A stretch of DNA of 63,243 nucleotides, counting the filler, from Folioceros fuciformis (Eukaryota): assembly GCA_049999805.1 (NCBI GenBank). It is 3 parts of 2 records of this genome, joined end to end, with 100 filler letters (N's around TTAATTAATTAA, not from the genome) between each part and the next. Parts side by side here need not be neighbours in the genome. Positions count along the whole stretch, not along the records: positions 1 to 25,498 come from JBNGIO010006300.1; 2 more parts are not named here. One strand, 5' to 3'. The translations under genes and the position numbers were made by a program. Shown here in pieces: positions 1 through 11,717 of the stretch. Under the pieces are notes generated by a model. That model did not search any database. It was not told where the DNA came from and saw only the letters and a program-made list of their open reading frames with translations. Every line of letters starts with the position of its first letter. The first letter of the stretch is position 1.

Positions 1-261
1 TTTATACTTCATCACTCCCACTTGTTGAGAGCGTGTTAAGTACAGTCTTCTGGTATTCCTTGTGCTTGGTTCCTCGTGGGCGTAAAGCCTCTCGAGCTTC
101 AGTCCTTCCCAGCTGCCAACTCTGATTGCTAGTGGCTGGTGCAATGGAGTGTGAGAATGAGATGCCCCTTGCAACCAGGTACGCCTGGTACATAATGACA
201 GCTTACGCTGTCATTGTGCTTCATTTCAAGATTCTAGCTGTGGAGAAGAGCACTCGCAGCT

Positions 262-1088
262 ATGTCTTCTGCTACGACCCCCTCTGATGACGCCCCTCGG
301 AGGCCTCGGGCTTACCATCGTGATGCCCTTGGACGTTTCTCAGCTAGAACACCTGCTACAGGAGGACGCCACGAACTTGCTGATACTGCTGCCAGGGGTT
401 CCTGCTCATCTCGGCGTCCAAGAGGAAGGCCGCCAGGGCGGCGTGGCAGAGGAAGGGGCAGGGGCTCGAACGCCGCTGCTGCACCGGACATGGGCGCACC
501 CTCGCGAGGTGCTCCACATGCTAACAGTCCCCGAATTGCAGCTACAGAGCGCCGGTTTGGTAACGGCGAGTACGCCTACTCTAATTGTGGGGCTTTGCCT
601 CCTATGTCGTTCCACTTTCCACCAATCAGAGACTACAATGAGGAGACGAAGGTGGTCTGTCCAGGGAATATGAAGCATCCTGGATCACCACTATGGTATC
701 GCTGCAGTGTGACAGGCTATATCCTGAGACGCGTTAAAGTCACCATGTGCAGGGAGTATCCCGCACACGCGGTCAGCTTTTACAGTGAGTGTCTTCAGAC
801 ACCATGTTTTTCCATAGCCCTGATTACGTTTCTTGTGCTCCCACTCGCTTGAGAATTCCTGACAATCACATGTTGTTGCCTCTTGTAGGGACTGACACCC
901 GGCTGAGGGAGGAGGAGCGTCTCGAATCTGAAGAGCGTATCTCTTATCAGGAGAGGAGGAGACGTAACAGTCCTCTTGAGGGCGAGAGCTTCACCACATC
1001 TGAAGAGCTGAACTCTGAAGATTCTGAAGAAAGAGAGAACAACACTGATGACTCTGAAGATGAAGCGAGCTTCAACTGGGATCCTTAG
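262..1088 (+). CDS. Antisense accessory ORF in the 3' region of El1 (about 275 aa if one frameshift near 805-812 is corrected); basic AT-hook-like N-terminus, Cys-containing middle, acidic C-terminus
   Basis: Overlapping ORFs 262-852 and 789-1088 can be joined around a T5 run. Motifs RDALGRF and RPRGRPP..RGRGRGRG, and an E/D/S-rich tail. Its stop lies 23 nt from the convergent pol stop at 1112. Confidence 0.45.
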
Positions 1089-1111
1089 GGCTAGGATTTC
1101 CTTTTTGCTGT

Positions 1112-1918
1112 TCAGACTTTGCTGCTAAGGAAGTCTTGCGACCTCCCAAGTCCCATACTTTGCATATGTCTGTTGTGGAGTTCACGGCCTAGGGCCTTTG
1201 TTAAAATATCTGCTGGGTTGTCTGTGGTTGGCACGTAGTCCAGAGATATTTTTCCTGCTGTGACTTGTTCTCTAATGTAGTGGTACTCAACTTCCACGTG
1301 TTTTGTTCGTGAGTGGAAGACTGGATTCTTTGCTAGAGCCATGGAACCCTGATTGTCTGTGTAGACTGTGGTACAGGTAGGTAGATCAATTCCCATTTCC
1401 TGGAAGAGTAACTTGCACCATACTATCTCCTTTGCTGCTGCTGTCAAGACCCTGTACTCTGTTTCTGTGCTTGATAGGGCCACAGTAGGTTGTTTCTTAG
1501 ATGACCAGCATATGGGGCTGCCAGTATAAGAGATCACATATCCTGATACTGACTTCCTGGTGTCAATGTCTCCTGCATAGTCAGAATCTGTGAAGGTCTC
1601 TAGGTCTAGAGTCTTTCCTTCATGGTGCTCATATTTTAAACCTACGTCAAAGGTTCCTTTCAGATAACGAAACACTCGTTTCAGGCTCTGCCAATGTTCC
1701 TGTCCAGGTTGTTCCAGGAACTGTGATAAAACGCTTGTAGCATAGGCTACATCGGGCCTTGTCGTGTTTGAGGCATAGATTAGTTTTCCTACGCCTTTCC
1801 TGTATGGCACCTTGGCCATTGCATCCTTTTCTGATTCTGTTTGTGGACACATTGACTTACTCAATTTAATTCCACTAGGTAAAGGTGTCGATGCTGGTTT
1901 TGCATCCTTGAGGCCCAA
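1112..1918 (-). pseudogene. Copia pol fragment: RT C-terminus and RNase H
   Basis: Motifs PYRKGVGKLIY..TRPDVAYA, FTDSDYAGD..RKSVSGY, WSSKKQPTVALSSTETEY, TDNQGS, HSRTKHVEVEYHYIRE, ADILTK. Confidence 0.95.
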
Positions 1919-1977
1919 TAGCTAACCCTAGGTTACTTAACATGTCGATAACATAACATCGCTTTTATACTTCATCA

Positions 1978-2765
1978 ATACCAGCAAGTTCTGACACCTT
2001 AGAGCCCAACTCATGGCCATGACTGGGGACAAGATGTCGAAGGTAGGTGCTGTAGCGCAGCTCCTCACATCACTCCCTGCAAACCTTCGTCACGAGCTAG
2101 AATGGACCGCAATGAATGAGCTAGAATGAAAGCGCAACTGTTGCCACTGGAGCTGCAGTGGCCGTCACCTGTTGCCACTGGAGCTGAAGTGGCCGTCACC
2201 TTGAGGGAGGTGATTGGTGCACTATTCCAGGAAGAGCAGAGTCGTGCCTTCGCCTCCGGAGTTTCTAAAAGCAAAGGAGAGAAACTGTTAGTAGCCAACT
2301 TCCGTTCCGCAAAGGGCAAAGGAAAATTCAAAGGAGGAAATTCACTTGGACAGAAGGTGGAATCTTAGAGCTCCACAAAGCATCCAAGCAACTGCAATTG
2401 GTGTGGAACGCCCGGATGCTGGGCAAGAGAGTGTCAAATAAAGAAGGCACGTGAGCCCCAAAAGCNNNNNNNNNNNNNNNNNNNNNNNNNNNNNNNNNNN
2501 NNNNNNNNNNNNNNNNNNNNNNNNNNNNNNNNNNNNNNNNNNNNNNNNNNNNNNNNNNNNNNNNNGCACGTGAGCCCCAAAAGCAACCGAAGCCGACTGC
2601 AAGTGTTGCAGTTAAAGAAAACTCAGGAGAATTGAAAGTATCAATCGAGATCCTCATTGTTTGTCTCTCGGGTTTGCTGAATGATGATGGCTGTTGGTAC
2701 CTCGACTCCAGAGCAACTACACACAACTACAAGGATAGGAAGTTGTTCACCTCCTTACCATAAAA
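1978..2765 (+). pseudogene. Copia gag C-terminus, zinc knuckle and protease fragment (apparent host of El1)
   Basis: Degenerate knuckle CNWCGTPGCWAREC near 2393-2435 and protease motif WYLDSRATTH near 2695-2725. In-frame stops; interrupted by an N gap. Confidence 0.75.
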
Positions 2766-2915
2766 CATAGACAGTCATCGAGATTGTCATCAAGATTGAG
2801 CCTATATATGTAGTANNNNNNNNNNNNNNNNNNNNNNNNNNNNNNNNNNNNNNNNNNNNNNNNNNNNNNNNNNNNNNNNNNNNNNNNNNNNNNNNNNNNN
2901 NNNNNNNNNNNNNNN

Positions 2916-2981
2916 AAGTTGTGTTATGGTGTTGTAAGTTGTGTTATGGTGTTGTAAGTTGTGTTATGGTGTTGTAAGTTG
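2916..2981. repeat. 20-bp tandem repeat (AAGTTGTGTTATGGTGTTGT) x3+
   Basis: Directly visible. It abuts an N gap, so it may be longer. Confidence 0.9.
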
Positions 2982-3043
2982 TTGTCTTGCTGTAAGATAT
3001 TTTGTATGTGTTCCTTACCCATTCTCTTTGACGTGTAAGAACA

Positions 3044-4630
3044 ATGCCGCCCAAGCTGCCGCTCAAGCATGCTACCCTAACAAAGCAACAAAAGAAAGAG
3101 GTTTGCGAATATTATGTCCAGCAGTCTTGCACACCTAGGGGGTTGACTAGATGGACAACAAAGAAGTTTTCAATAACAACTTCTAAAAGTGCATTGTCTA
3201 GGATTGTGAAAAACAAAGACAAATGGTTGGACCCTGCCATTAGTCCAATAACTAATATGGCAGGAATGAGGGATAGACCAGTCGTATGCCCACAGGTTGA
3301 CCGCGCAGTACACGTTTGGGCTCTTGCAATCCAAGCTCAAGGTGCCACAATTTCAGATGATTTGCTTCGTGAGATGGCTTCCAAATTCCACAAAAAGATT
3401 CCTAAAGATAAGTGACCAAAAATAATATACCATAGAGGTTGGGTTGCTCACTAAAAGGAAAGGTATAATTTTAAATCAGTTGTCAGACATGGAGAGGCAG
3501 GGAGTGTTGACAATACAGAAGCAGTGAAGGCAGCTATTAGAGAGCTGCAACTTCAAGTTCTTGATTATGGAGCTGCGAATGTTTTTAATATAGATGAGAC
3601 TGGTCTTTCTTCATAGCATTGTCAAACAGGACACTTGCAACAATGCGTATTGTAGGACGGAAGCAATTTAAGGACCGGTTGACAATTGGACTGACAACAA
3701 ATGTTGATGGATCTTGCAAGTTGCCACCTTTTGTGATTAACAGATATCTTAGGCCTCGTGCTTTCTCTGTCACGAATGTTCAAAATCCCGAGAATTTGAA
3801 TATTATCTGGTATGTAAAGCAAAAGGCATGGATGACAATAAAGCTGTTTGAGAAGTTTTTGCTAAATTTTGACCGAGGATGGTTGCATCAGGGCGGACTA
3901 GAGTATTACTTATAGTGGATAATTGTCCTGGGCATCGGTTTGGTAATGCAGCTCAATTCAAGTTACAAAGGTGGTTTTCTTTCCACCCAATGTGACAAGC
4001 GTATATCAACCTTTGGACTAGGGGATCATCTGTTCTTTCAAGGCTTGGTATCGTAAGTTGATGATTTCGTACCAATACAACCAGATCATAGACAATGTGG
4101 CTACAACTATCGATGTATATCAAGCAGTGGTTATGCTGGTAAGAGCTTGGACTTCATTTGTGAGTCCTCATACCATACGCAATTGTTGGAGACAGCACTT
4201 TGGATGCGGAATTGCGTGCACAAGATGCTCGGTTCTGTGAGTCTTTGGATCTAAACAGCTCACCATATGATCCAGAGGATCCATTGTCGAATCCTCAAAA
4301 TCACTCTAATTCATTGGAATCGCAGGTAGAAGAGCTACAACCTTCCATGCGAAGCTTAGCATTATTAACATCTGAGGATATGACATGAATTGCTGATGTT
4401 GGATATCCAACGATGACAGCTAAAGAGTATCTAAACTTTGAGGAGGATGAAGGATTGGAGACTACGTATATTCCTACAGAGGACGAAATATGACAAGCAT
4501 TAATCGCTCCGCCTGTCAATAAGGACGGTGAGGAGAATGATATAGTGTCAATGGAGACCATAGCCCCAAGACTGCATACGACAAAGGATGAGGATAGCGA
4601 AGATGTTTTTGGAAGAGATGCCATATAATG
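3044..4630 (+). pseudogene. pogo/Tigger-type (Tc1/mariner superfamily) transposase, CENP-B-type HTH plus DDE_1, disrupted
   Basis: N-terminal LTKQQKKEVC..TSKSALSRIVKNK; CENP-B HTH PQVDRAVHVW..GATISDDLLREMA; HGEAGSV; catalytic-region motifs VFNIDETG, KDRLTIGLTTNVDGSCKLPP, KAWMT, VDNCPGH, PPNVTSVYQPLD; C-terminal IRNCW. Several stops and frameshifts. Confidence 0.9.
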
Positions 4631-5784
4631 CTTTGAAGTTGCATTCTCAGTTGGAAAAACATATTATTAGTCATTGGATGAAAGCAACTCCTTGATTGAT
4701 TATTTTAACCCGGCAAACTAGAATTAGGTTGGCAGCTATGTAGTATGAGGGAGCATTTTGGATTTTTTGGAAACTTTTAAGCTCTTTCAAAAAAATTATT
4801 AAAAGATTTTTTTTTATTTTTTTAAATATTTTTATTTTTGTAAAAAAATGAAAATGCCTAAACGGGAACCTCTAAATGGGAGGATTTTTCTACTCCCAAT
4901 TGCTCGTTGTACAGAACGGGCTGCCTGCTTTCCTTTCCCATTAGCGCCTGCGATTGTTCGTCCCGCCGGTGCGCGGACAACCCCTGATCGTCCTCTTGGC
5001 CATCCTCCGTCCTCCGTCGGGCTAGGTGCCTCCTCCTCCGGAACTCTCTCCCACTTAGACCCTTCAGCGTCCGGCTCATCCTGCGGCCCGAACTGCTTTC
5101 TTCTTCTTAGGAAATTTCGCATCTCCTTACTCAGCTTGAGGAGTCGACTAGGTAAGTCGATCCCTACTCCCTGACTCTGGAGAGCAATGCAATCGAACTT
5201 CTTCGCGCCGCTGTCCTGCGAAGCATACAAATCTGGAAGCCTTAGGTCTGGTTTTCGTTCCGAGCCCAGTGGTCCTTCCTTCCTTACTGTTTGTTGCTTG
5301 CAATCGCGCCCGCGGGGCATGATCGGGTGTTCATCAGTTCGGATCCTATTCTGCAACCCGCTCTTGTCGCTTACACCTCGGTGCTTGAAAAATTGACTAC
5401 GTCCCTTGCGCTCTCTCCCTCCTAGCGCTTCTCCTCCCCAATGGATCTGAGGCCCTCTCTTTGGCACCAGTACTCCCTTAGACGAACTTCGACTGCCTTA
5501 ATATACACTGGCGCTGCGTTTCGAAGGCCAAGGACGTCAATTCCGCGTGTCTCTCAAGGACCAAGGACTAGAAATGGATGTTTGGCATGCCACAACCTCC
5601 AAGGAATGATCGGTACTGCCAAAAATCCGAGGAAGAATTGGTCTATATATGCGCCCCTACCTGCTGGTAATTTCTGCATCCCACTGTGCTCTTCTCATTG
5701 TGATCTCTTCGTTCCTGGAACTTAGTGTGTTTCCGCATTTTCGGACAAGCACAGGAGTCCGGTAGCTGGGAGTGCCCGGTGACC

Positions 5785-6396
5785 ATGGCACACATCGACG
5801 GCAGCAGTAGCAGCAACGGGAGCGGGAGCTCAAATTGCGGAGGGGCAGGGGACGAGGCACTCAAGCCCGTCCTCTGCGCGGTGCTGGCTGTGTTGGAGCT
5901 CGCGAGGGAGACGGCCAGCAAGTGGAACGAGGAGCTCGCTCGCATCTGGCACGAGGCCGACAAGCTTGGAGTCGTCGCGACAGAATGCCGAGGATGCGAG
6001 GCTTGCGTCGCTCACTCCGTGAGAATCGAGGCGGCGAGGGCCAAGGACCGGCACAGAACGGCGCTGAAATTCGCCTCTCTGCTTAGGTCCTTCACCATAG
6101 AAGGCACGCACAGTCTGAGGCCTAATTTCTACCAATTGACGCTCCTGGTGCGAGAGGTGCTACGCGGAAACAACAGCATCCAGGGAGGCGATTTCTTCTC
6201 AGAGGAAGGTAAGAATGGTCCAGTGTGGCGCCTGTGGGTTATGCTCAGGGCTTTAGCTGTGCCGGAGGTTCCTTTGCCACCGATTGCTTCCTTGTTCGCC
6301 GACGAGGATATGGCCGACAGCGAAGGCCGGGGTATGTCGGCCGCTGCTTCACTGCTTTACGCGCCCTGCCGCTGCAAGGGCAAGAGGAGACGTTAG
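5785..6396 (+). CDS. Hypothetical intronless protein (203 aa), no recognised family
   Basis: ATG in strong context (ACCATGG), TATA-like CTATATAT near 5643, GC-rich coding-like composition, helical-looking sequence with a CxxCxxC motif. Confidence 0.4.
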   Translation: MAHIDGSSSSNGSGSSNCGGAGDEALKPVLCAVLAVLELARETASKWNEELARIWHEADKLGVVATECRGCEACVAHSVRIEAARAKDRHRTALKFASLLRSFTIEGTHSLRPNFYQLTLLVREVLRGNNSIQGGDFFSEEGKNGPVWRLWVMLRALAVPEVPLPPIASLFADEDMADSEGRGMSAAASLLYAPCRCKGKRRR

Positions 6397-7425
6397 CCTG
6401 ATCTTGACGAGGAGGAGGAGCCCCCTCCCGCGAAGAGCTCCTAACCATGCTGAAGGAGCGCGGGGTCGAATTTAGGAGCTCCCGGATGGTCCTCTGCCTA
6501 GACAGGAGAGCCCGATATGCTCTTATCATGGCTCTCGTAGGTCCAATGTAACAGAAATGTCCCAGGGGACGGGAAGCTACAAACTGGCACAACAGATATA
6601 TATACCTACTCGGATACTCATGTTGTTTTTGAAACATGGAACGTTTGAATGAAGTTGCTGGACAGGTCAGAGTTACCTCTTGAGCTTGTGCTCTGTCGGC
6701 CTACTCCAAGGTGGGCCGGATGTTGTGAGTCAACGGGCATATGTACATACATACACACATACTGTACTTCGTTGCTTTTGATAAATAAGGCTTGTGTAGG
6801 AGGCTTGGACAATGACAAGTGCCAGGGTTATGTACCCCACTAACCCCTTGCACTGGTTATTGTCCTTGTCCAGGTCTCAGTCTCCTCTCTTGGGTTGAAG
6901 TGCTAGATGCAGCTAAGGCGAATTGTAGTCCTCCACATATTGGGATGGATTACCCTAAGGCTATAGCCTATGGAATACCAATGCGGGGACAGGGACTACA
7001 TACTTATTTTTTATTAGAATATATATTTTATATGCAAATATTCTGTGGCATCTAAGGAATATTTCTCTATCACACATCCACATCATCCAACCTTATGTAT
7101 AGACCGTATATCAAATTTTTTTAAATATCTCTAACAACTTTGTGAACCTAAAGGGACACAATCTTTAAAGAATCGCATGGGGACGATTCTTTAAAGAGCA
7201 GCGCAGCTCGCCTTGGGACCCAACTATGGAGGAGATTCTGATGGTGGGTGTGCCTTCATTGCATGGATTGTGCTCTCCTCCCTTGCTTTTCCGCCCTTCT
7301 GCCTTCCAGAACCCAAAATGCAGCGCTGGGTTGCTTCCAGGACCTCAGTTTTGCTTTGGTATGCTTGGTTTGGCTGCAAGCAACCGTGGTTGCCAATGTG
7401 CGGAATTTGATGTCCGAGAGCTTGG

Positions 7426-7633
7426 TCTCGGTAATTTTGACATAATCACTTTATTACATCTGAATGTGTGTTACAAGAGAGAGAATCGTTTGAGCAGTCA
7501 TGAAACTGAAGAGACACGGGATGCATAGGGTGCCTATGAAGAGGTGTGTGTAAGGAGACATGACCTTTCACCTATAGGCCTAATTAATTAAAAAAACAGA
7601 ACAGCAAAATGTGACGAGTGTGCTACTCCAACA
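7426..7633 (-). repeat. 3' LTR of El2 (208 bp, TG...GA termini)
   Basis: Aligns to 22987-23209 with roughly 16 substitutions counted by eye, a 17-bp deletion and a 2-bp insertion. Confidence 0.9.
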
Positions 7634-7816
7634 CTCCCACTCGCACGAAGTCATAGCCTAACCACCAATCATAAGCATTTCCATCATGGAGAATCGAGAA
7701 TGTACGATTTGCGTATGAGGGACGATTCAAGAATGAAGCAGTAACATCAAGAGAAACTTTTGAATCTTAGCACTCCGAGATTATTCCGGTATTTGGGCAA
7801 TCTTCTGGTGCCTGTG

Positions 7817-10800
7817 TTAAATCACAAGGACCACCCAATTGTGAAGTTGGATGTTGTCGGCACCAAAGGCTTCTTGTTGAAACATGAGTGTATACTTCTT
7901 GTTGAAACATGAGAGTATACCCATACCTTCTGCGTGCTTGTAGTGCTGGTATTTAGGCAGAGGTTTTGTCAGAACGTCTCCTACATTCAAATCTATTGAA
8001 ATGTATATCAACTTAGCCTTATTCTTTTCCACCACTTCACGAATAAAATGATGACTAAGCTCGATGCTTTTTTTTCGTCCATGGAATCTTGGATTAGCCA
8101 CCATAGCTATTGCAGCTTGACTATCTGTGTACAATTCTATTCGTTGGCTTTGTGACAGTCCATGTTCTCAAGAAAAGAACGTCCTCATAACAGGTCTTTA
8201 GCAGCCATGGAGAGCGCACTGTATTCACTTTCTGCTATAGAAGTACATATGAAAGTAATCTTTTTACTTGACCAACTTACTGCACCGCCATTCAATAGAA
8301 AAACATAGGAAGCAATGCTTCTGTGATCATTAGGGTTTCTACCCCAATCAGCATCTGAGTAGCCTACCAAGGTATGTGGTATTTTTTATTTTCCTGTATA
8401 GTGAATTCCTATCCTTGGTGAGCCTTTCAGGTATCTATATAACCGCTTAACAGCTACCCAATGTGTTTTTCCTGGATTGTGTAAGAACTGGCTGACCTGA
8501 CTGACAGAGTACTGTATCTCAGGTCTTGTCCAGTTAGCAACATATATAAGTGAGCCAACTGCCTGACGATATCGAATTGATTGCATTTCTGCCTTATCTT
8601 GTTCAGATTGTGGACGATTAATCCATGACAGTCAATGGTTGATTGGTCACCATGGGTGTGTCAACAGGGCAAGCGTTTTCAAGGTGCATTCTCTTCAGAA
8701 TATCACCAATGTATTTCTCCTGGTGTATACAGAGTTCACGTTGTGGTAAGTTTCTTTCGATTTGCACTCCTAACACATATTTCAATTCCTCTACAACCTT
8801 CATATCATATTCTTTTCTGAGAATGTTTTTGATCTTTTCTAGTGCTGTTTGTGTGCGGCCGGCCAAGATACAATCGTCCACGTATAGGCACCAGAGTACA
8901 TAGCCATTACTGGTGTGGAGTCTATACACATTTGAATCAAATGGGCTTTGAACAAAACCACAGGAGAGAAGGTATGTATTGATCCTCTTGTACCAATTTT
9001 TAGGACTTTGTTTAAGTCCGGATATAGCTTTGAGAAGTCTGCACACTTTGTTGGGGTACTTGGGAACCACATACATATCAGGCTACGACATATAAATTGT
9101 TTCCTCAAGTTCTTCGTATAAGAACGTTGTACTAACGTCCATTTGGTGGAGAATGAGGTCACGTTCCGCAGCTAGGGCAAGAATGAAGCGAATGGACTTG
9201 GATCTCACCATTGGCGCATAAAGGTTTGGATCATAGTCCACCCAAGACTTCTGACTGAAGCCCCTTGCTACTAATCTGGCTTTATAGTGAGAGAGGGATC
9301 CATCAGCATTATATTTTTTACGAAGTACCCACTTACAGGAGATTGCTGAACGGCCACGAGGTAGATCTTCTAACCGCCATGTTTGATTGTGAATTAAAGA
9401 TTTCCATTCAGAGTCTATAGCATTAAGCCATTCATGTCTTTCAGGTCCTGAGAGGGCAATGTCCACAGGAACAATATGTTCAGAGGCTTGCAAGAGAGAA
9501 GGGCTCAATGTACCTCACTAACATGATCACGTGTGTGATCGAAGACAGTGTTGCTAGAAGGTAAGGCCAGCAAATCTACAGCAAGAACATGGCCTGAAGA
9601 GTTTTTGTCTTCTAGGGCAGGGGGAAGGGGAGCATTGCCAGGATCCAGGGGAGTTAGCTCAGCTGGATTGCTGGCCTGAACTTCCCCTCCATGGCTCCCA
9701 CTGCCTCGGATAGGACGAACGGTGGTATGTCGAAACCTGGCAGGAGCACGAAGAGAGTGTCGAGGTCGAAGCTCATGAGTGGGCACAGGATCTGCAACGA
9801 CTGGTTCAAGAGGAAGAAGCTCCTCAACTGGTGGAGGATGCGCTGGCATAACGGGAGGAACATCTCCAAACACCAAAACAGGTTCAGGTGGAGGAGTGGC
9901 CACATTAGTTGGAGCTGGAGGAATAATAGTAGTAGGCATTGAAAATGAATCAGGCATGTCTATTGGTAAGGAAGTTGAAGCATCCAAGCGGGCATCGTCA
10001 AAGAAACGCATATCAAATGGACACATATTTGGGGAAGCTGAAGTGGAAGTAGTTGACTGAATCACAGGGTCTTCTAAGAAGGTAACGCTGCGTGAGAAGA
10101 TTAAGGCTCTTGTAATGGGATTATATAGTTTATAGGCTTTCAAGCCTTCACCATAACCCAGGAAGAGCAGTTTCTCAAACCGATCATCAAACTTCTTGCG
10201 CTAGACAGCAGGAATAAAGCTGAAAGTTGAGCAGCCAAAAATTCTGAGATGTAGGAGTGAGGGTTTAGAACTCGTCCATAGCTCAAAGGGGGTTCTCTCA
10301 TTAATAGAACGAGAGGGAAGCCTATTCTTCAAATATGTGGCAAAGGCTATGGCCTCGGCCCAATACCTAACATCAAGGCTGGCATGTCATAACATGGCCC
10401 TGGCCATGCGTTGAAGGGTTTGATTGAGTCTTTTAGCAATACCGTTTTGCTGTGGAGTGTAAGCCACATAGAACTGACGAGTTATGCCCTTATCCTTGCA
10501 GAATTCATCAAAGAGGTGCTTAGCAAATTCCCCTCCATTATTTGGGCGCAGACAACGAAGCTTGCAAGACGTTTGAGTTTCAACCATTGCAAGCCAGGTC
10601 TTGAAGATGTCAAAAGTCTGGCTCTTCAACTCTAGAGGATATGTAAAGCATATCCACGAGAAGTCATCAGTAAGAGTGAGAAAGTATCGAGCACCGCCAT
10701 AGGACGGTGAGCTCATGGGTCCACATATATTCGAGTGAACAAGTTTAAGAATTGAGTTGTTCTCATCTTGGTGGTGATGAGGGAACATATCTTGTCTTTT

Positions 10801-11318
10801 GTTTACAAGGATGCAGGTCTCGAAAAAGGGAGGATCAGGAAAACGGCCAATCTTCTCAAGATATAGGTCAGAGTTTGCCACTTGGTGGAGCCGTGCATTA
10901 CTAAGATGTCCAAGTCGAAGATGCCACTTGTAGGCTTCTTTAGGGCTACCTGTAATCTTGTCAGGTGTCTGTATCGCAAGCGCACTTTCATGATCACAAA
11001 GAAAATGGTTAGTTGCATGGGCTTCTAGTTTGTAGATGTCCTGAAGGGGATACCCTAGGGATACATGCAATATCTTGGCTACCAACTCAAGTAAGTGTGC
11101 AGCCTGCATGATCAAAAGTTAAGGTGAAGGTTCTCATCTTCATCAACCAACTAACGGAAATTAGGTTCTTGACCATGGCAGGTACATGCAAGACATTTAA
11201 CAATGTTACTTCTGACTGATCACTGAGAGTAAGAGAAACTGAGCCTCTTCCAACAACCTTGAGTCCAAAGTCATCTCCAAGCATTACAAAAATGTCAAAG
11301 GGTACGGTATCATACGTA
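7817..11318 (-). pseudogene. El2 pol: protease C-terminal half, GAG-pre-integrase, integrase, RT and RNase H, multiply frameshifted
   Basis: Motifs VLHVPAMVKNLISVS, WHLRLGH, LVHSNICGPM..GGARYFLTLTDDFS, TPQQNGIAKRLNQTL, YKARLVARGFSQ, YVDD, YSDADW, GDVLTKPL. Confidence 0.92.
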
Positions 11319-11323
11319 CTAAA

Positions 11324-11619
11324 TGTAGGGTTATTAAAGCCCAATGTGTTTAGATTAACTTGTTTAGTCTAAGATTAGTGTCTAGTTAAGTATCATTATT
11401 TTAGATTAGCTTAATCTAATCTGTACGAAGCTTCTTGCGCAGCTTCCTATGCGCTTCTTGTGAAGCTTCCTAGGGAGCTCTTATAGAGGGTATAAATACC
11501 CCCTTGAGCTCCCTTGCATATTGAGACCTTTTGTGAAAGTGTATCCTCTCTTTCTCCTCTTCTCCTTGCCTCCTCCTCTCCTCTCCTCTCCTTCACCATG
11601 CTCCTCTAGCCTTCCTTCA
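11324..11619 (+). repeat. 5' LTR of El4
   Basis: About 94% identical by eye to 15961-16251; contains TATAAATA and a CT-rich tract. Confidence 0.95.
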
Positions 11620-11717
11620 AGTGGTATTAGAGCTTGGTTGTGGAGCAAGATGGTTGTGCTTATTGTAGGTACTAAGAACGGAGGCATAAAGCAAGAAGAT
11701 GGACATCTAGGAGGAGC

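Larger units (their letters stand above)
1..1977 (-). mobile_element. Internally deleted Ty1/Copia element (El1): 5' LTR stub fused to RT/RNase H, 3' region, PPT and start of 3' LTR
   Basis: The same 14-mer TTTATACTTCATCA (minus strand TGATGAAGTATAAA, an LTR start) occurs at 1-14 and 1964-1977. The left copy is preceded on the minus strand by the PPT-like AAGTGGGAG (15-23). A Copia RT-end/RNase H ORF lies between the two copies. Confidence 0.75.

Noticed and set aside
2447..2584. 19-bp direct repeat GCACGTGAGCCCCAAAAGC on both sides of a 100-N gap
   Set aside because: Typical unmerged contig overlap, so an assembly artefact rather than a TSD.
4832..5725. ORFs of 100-210 aa between the pogo element and the orphan ORF
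   Set aside because: Mostly non-ATG starts, no motifs, and mutually overlapping on both strands.
7579..7592. CTAATTAATTAA inside the El2 LTRs as another synthetic linker
   Set aside because: It is present in both LTR copies without N flanks, so it is natural LTR sequence.
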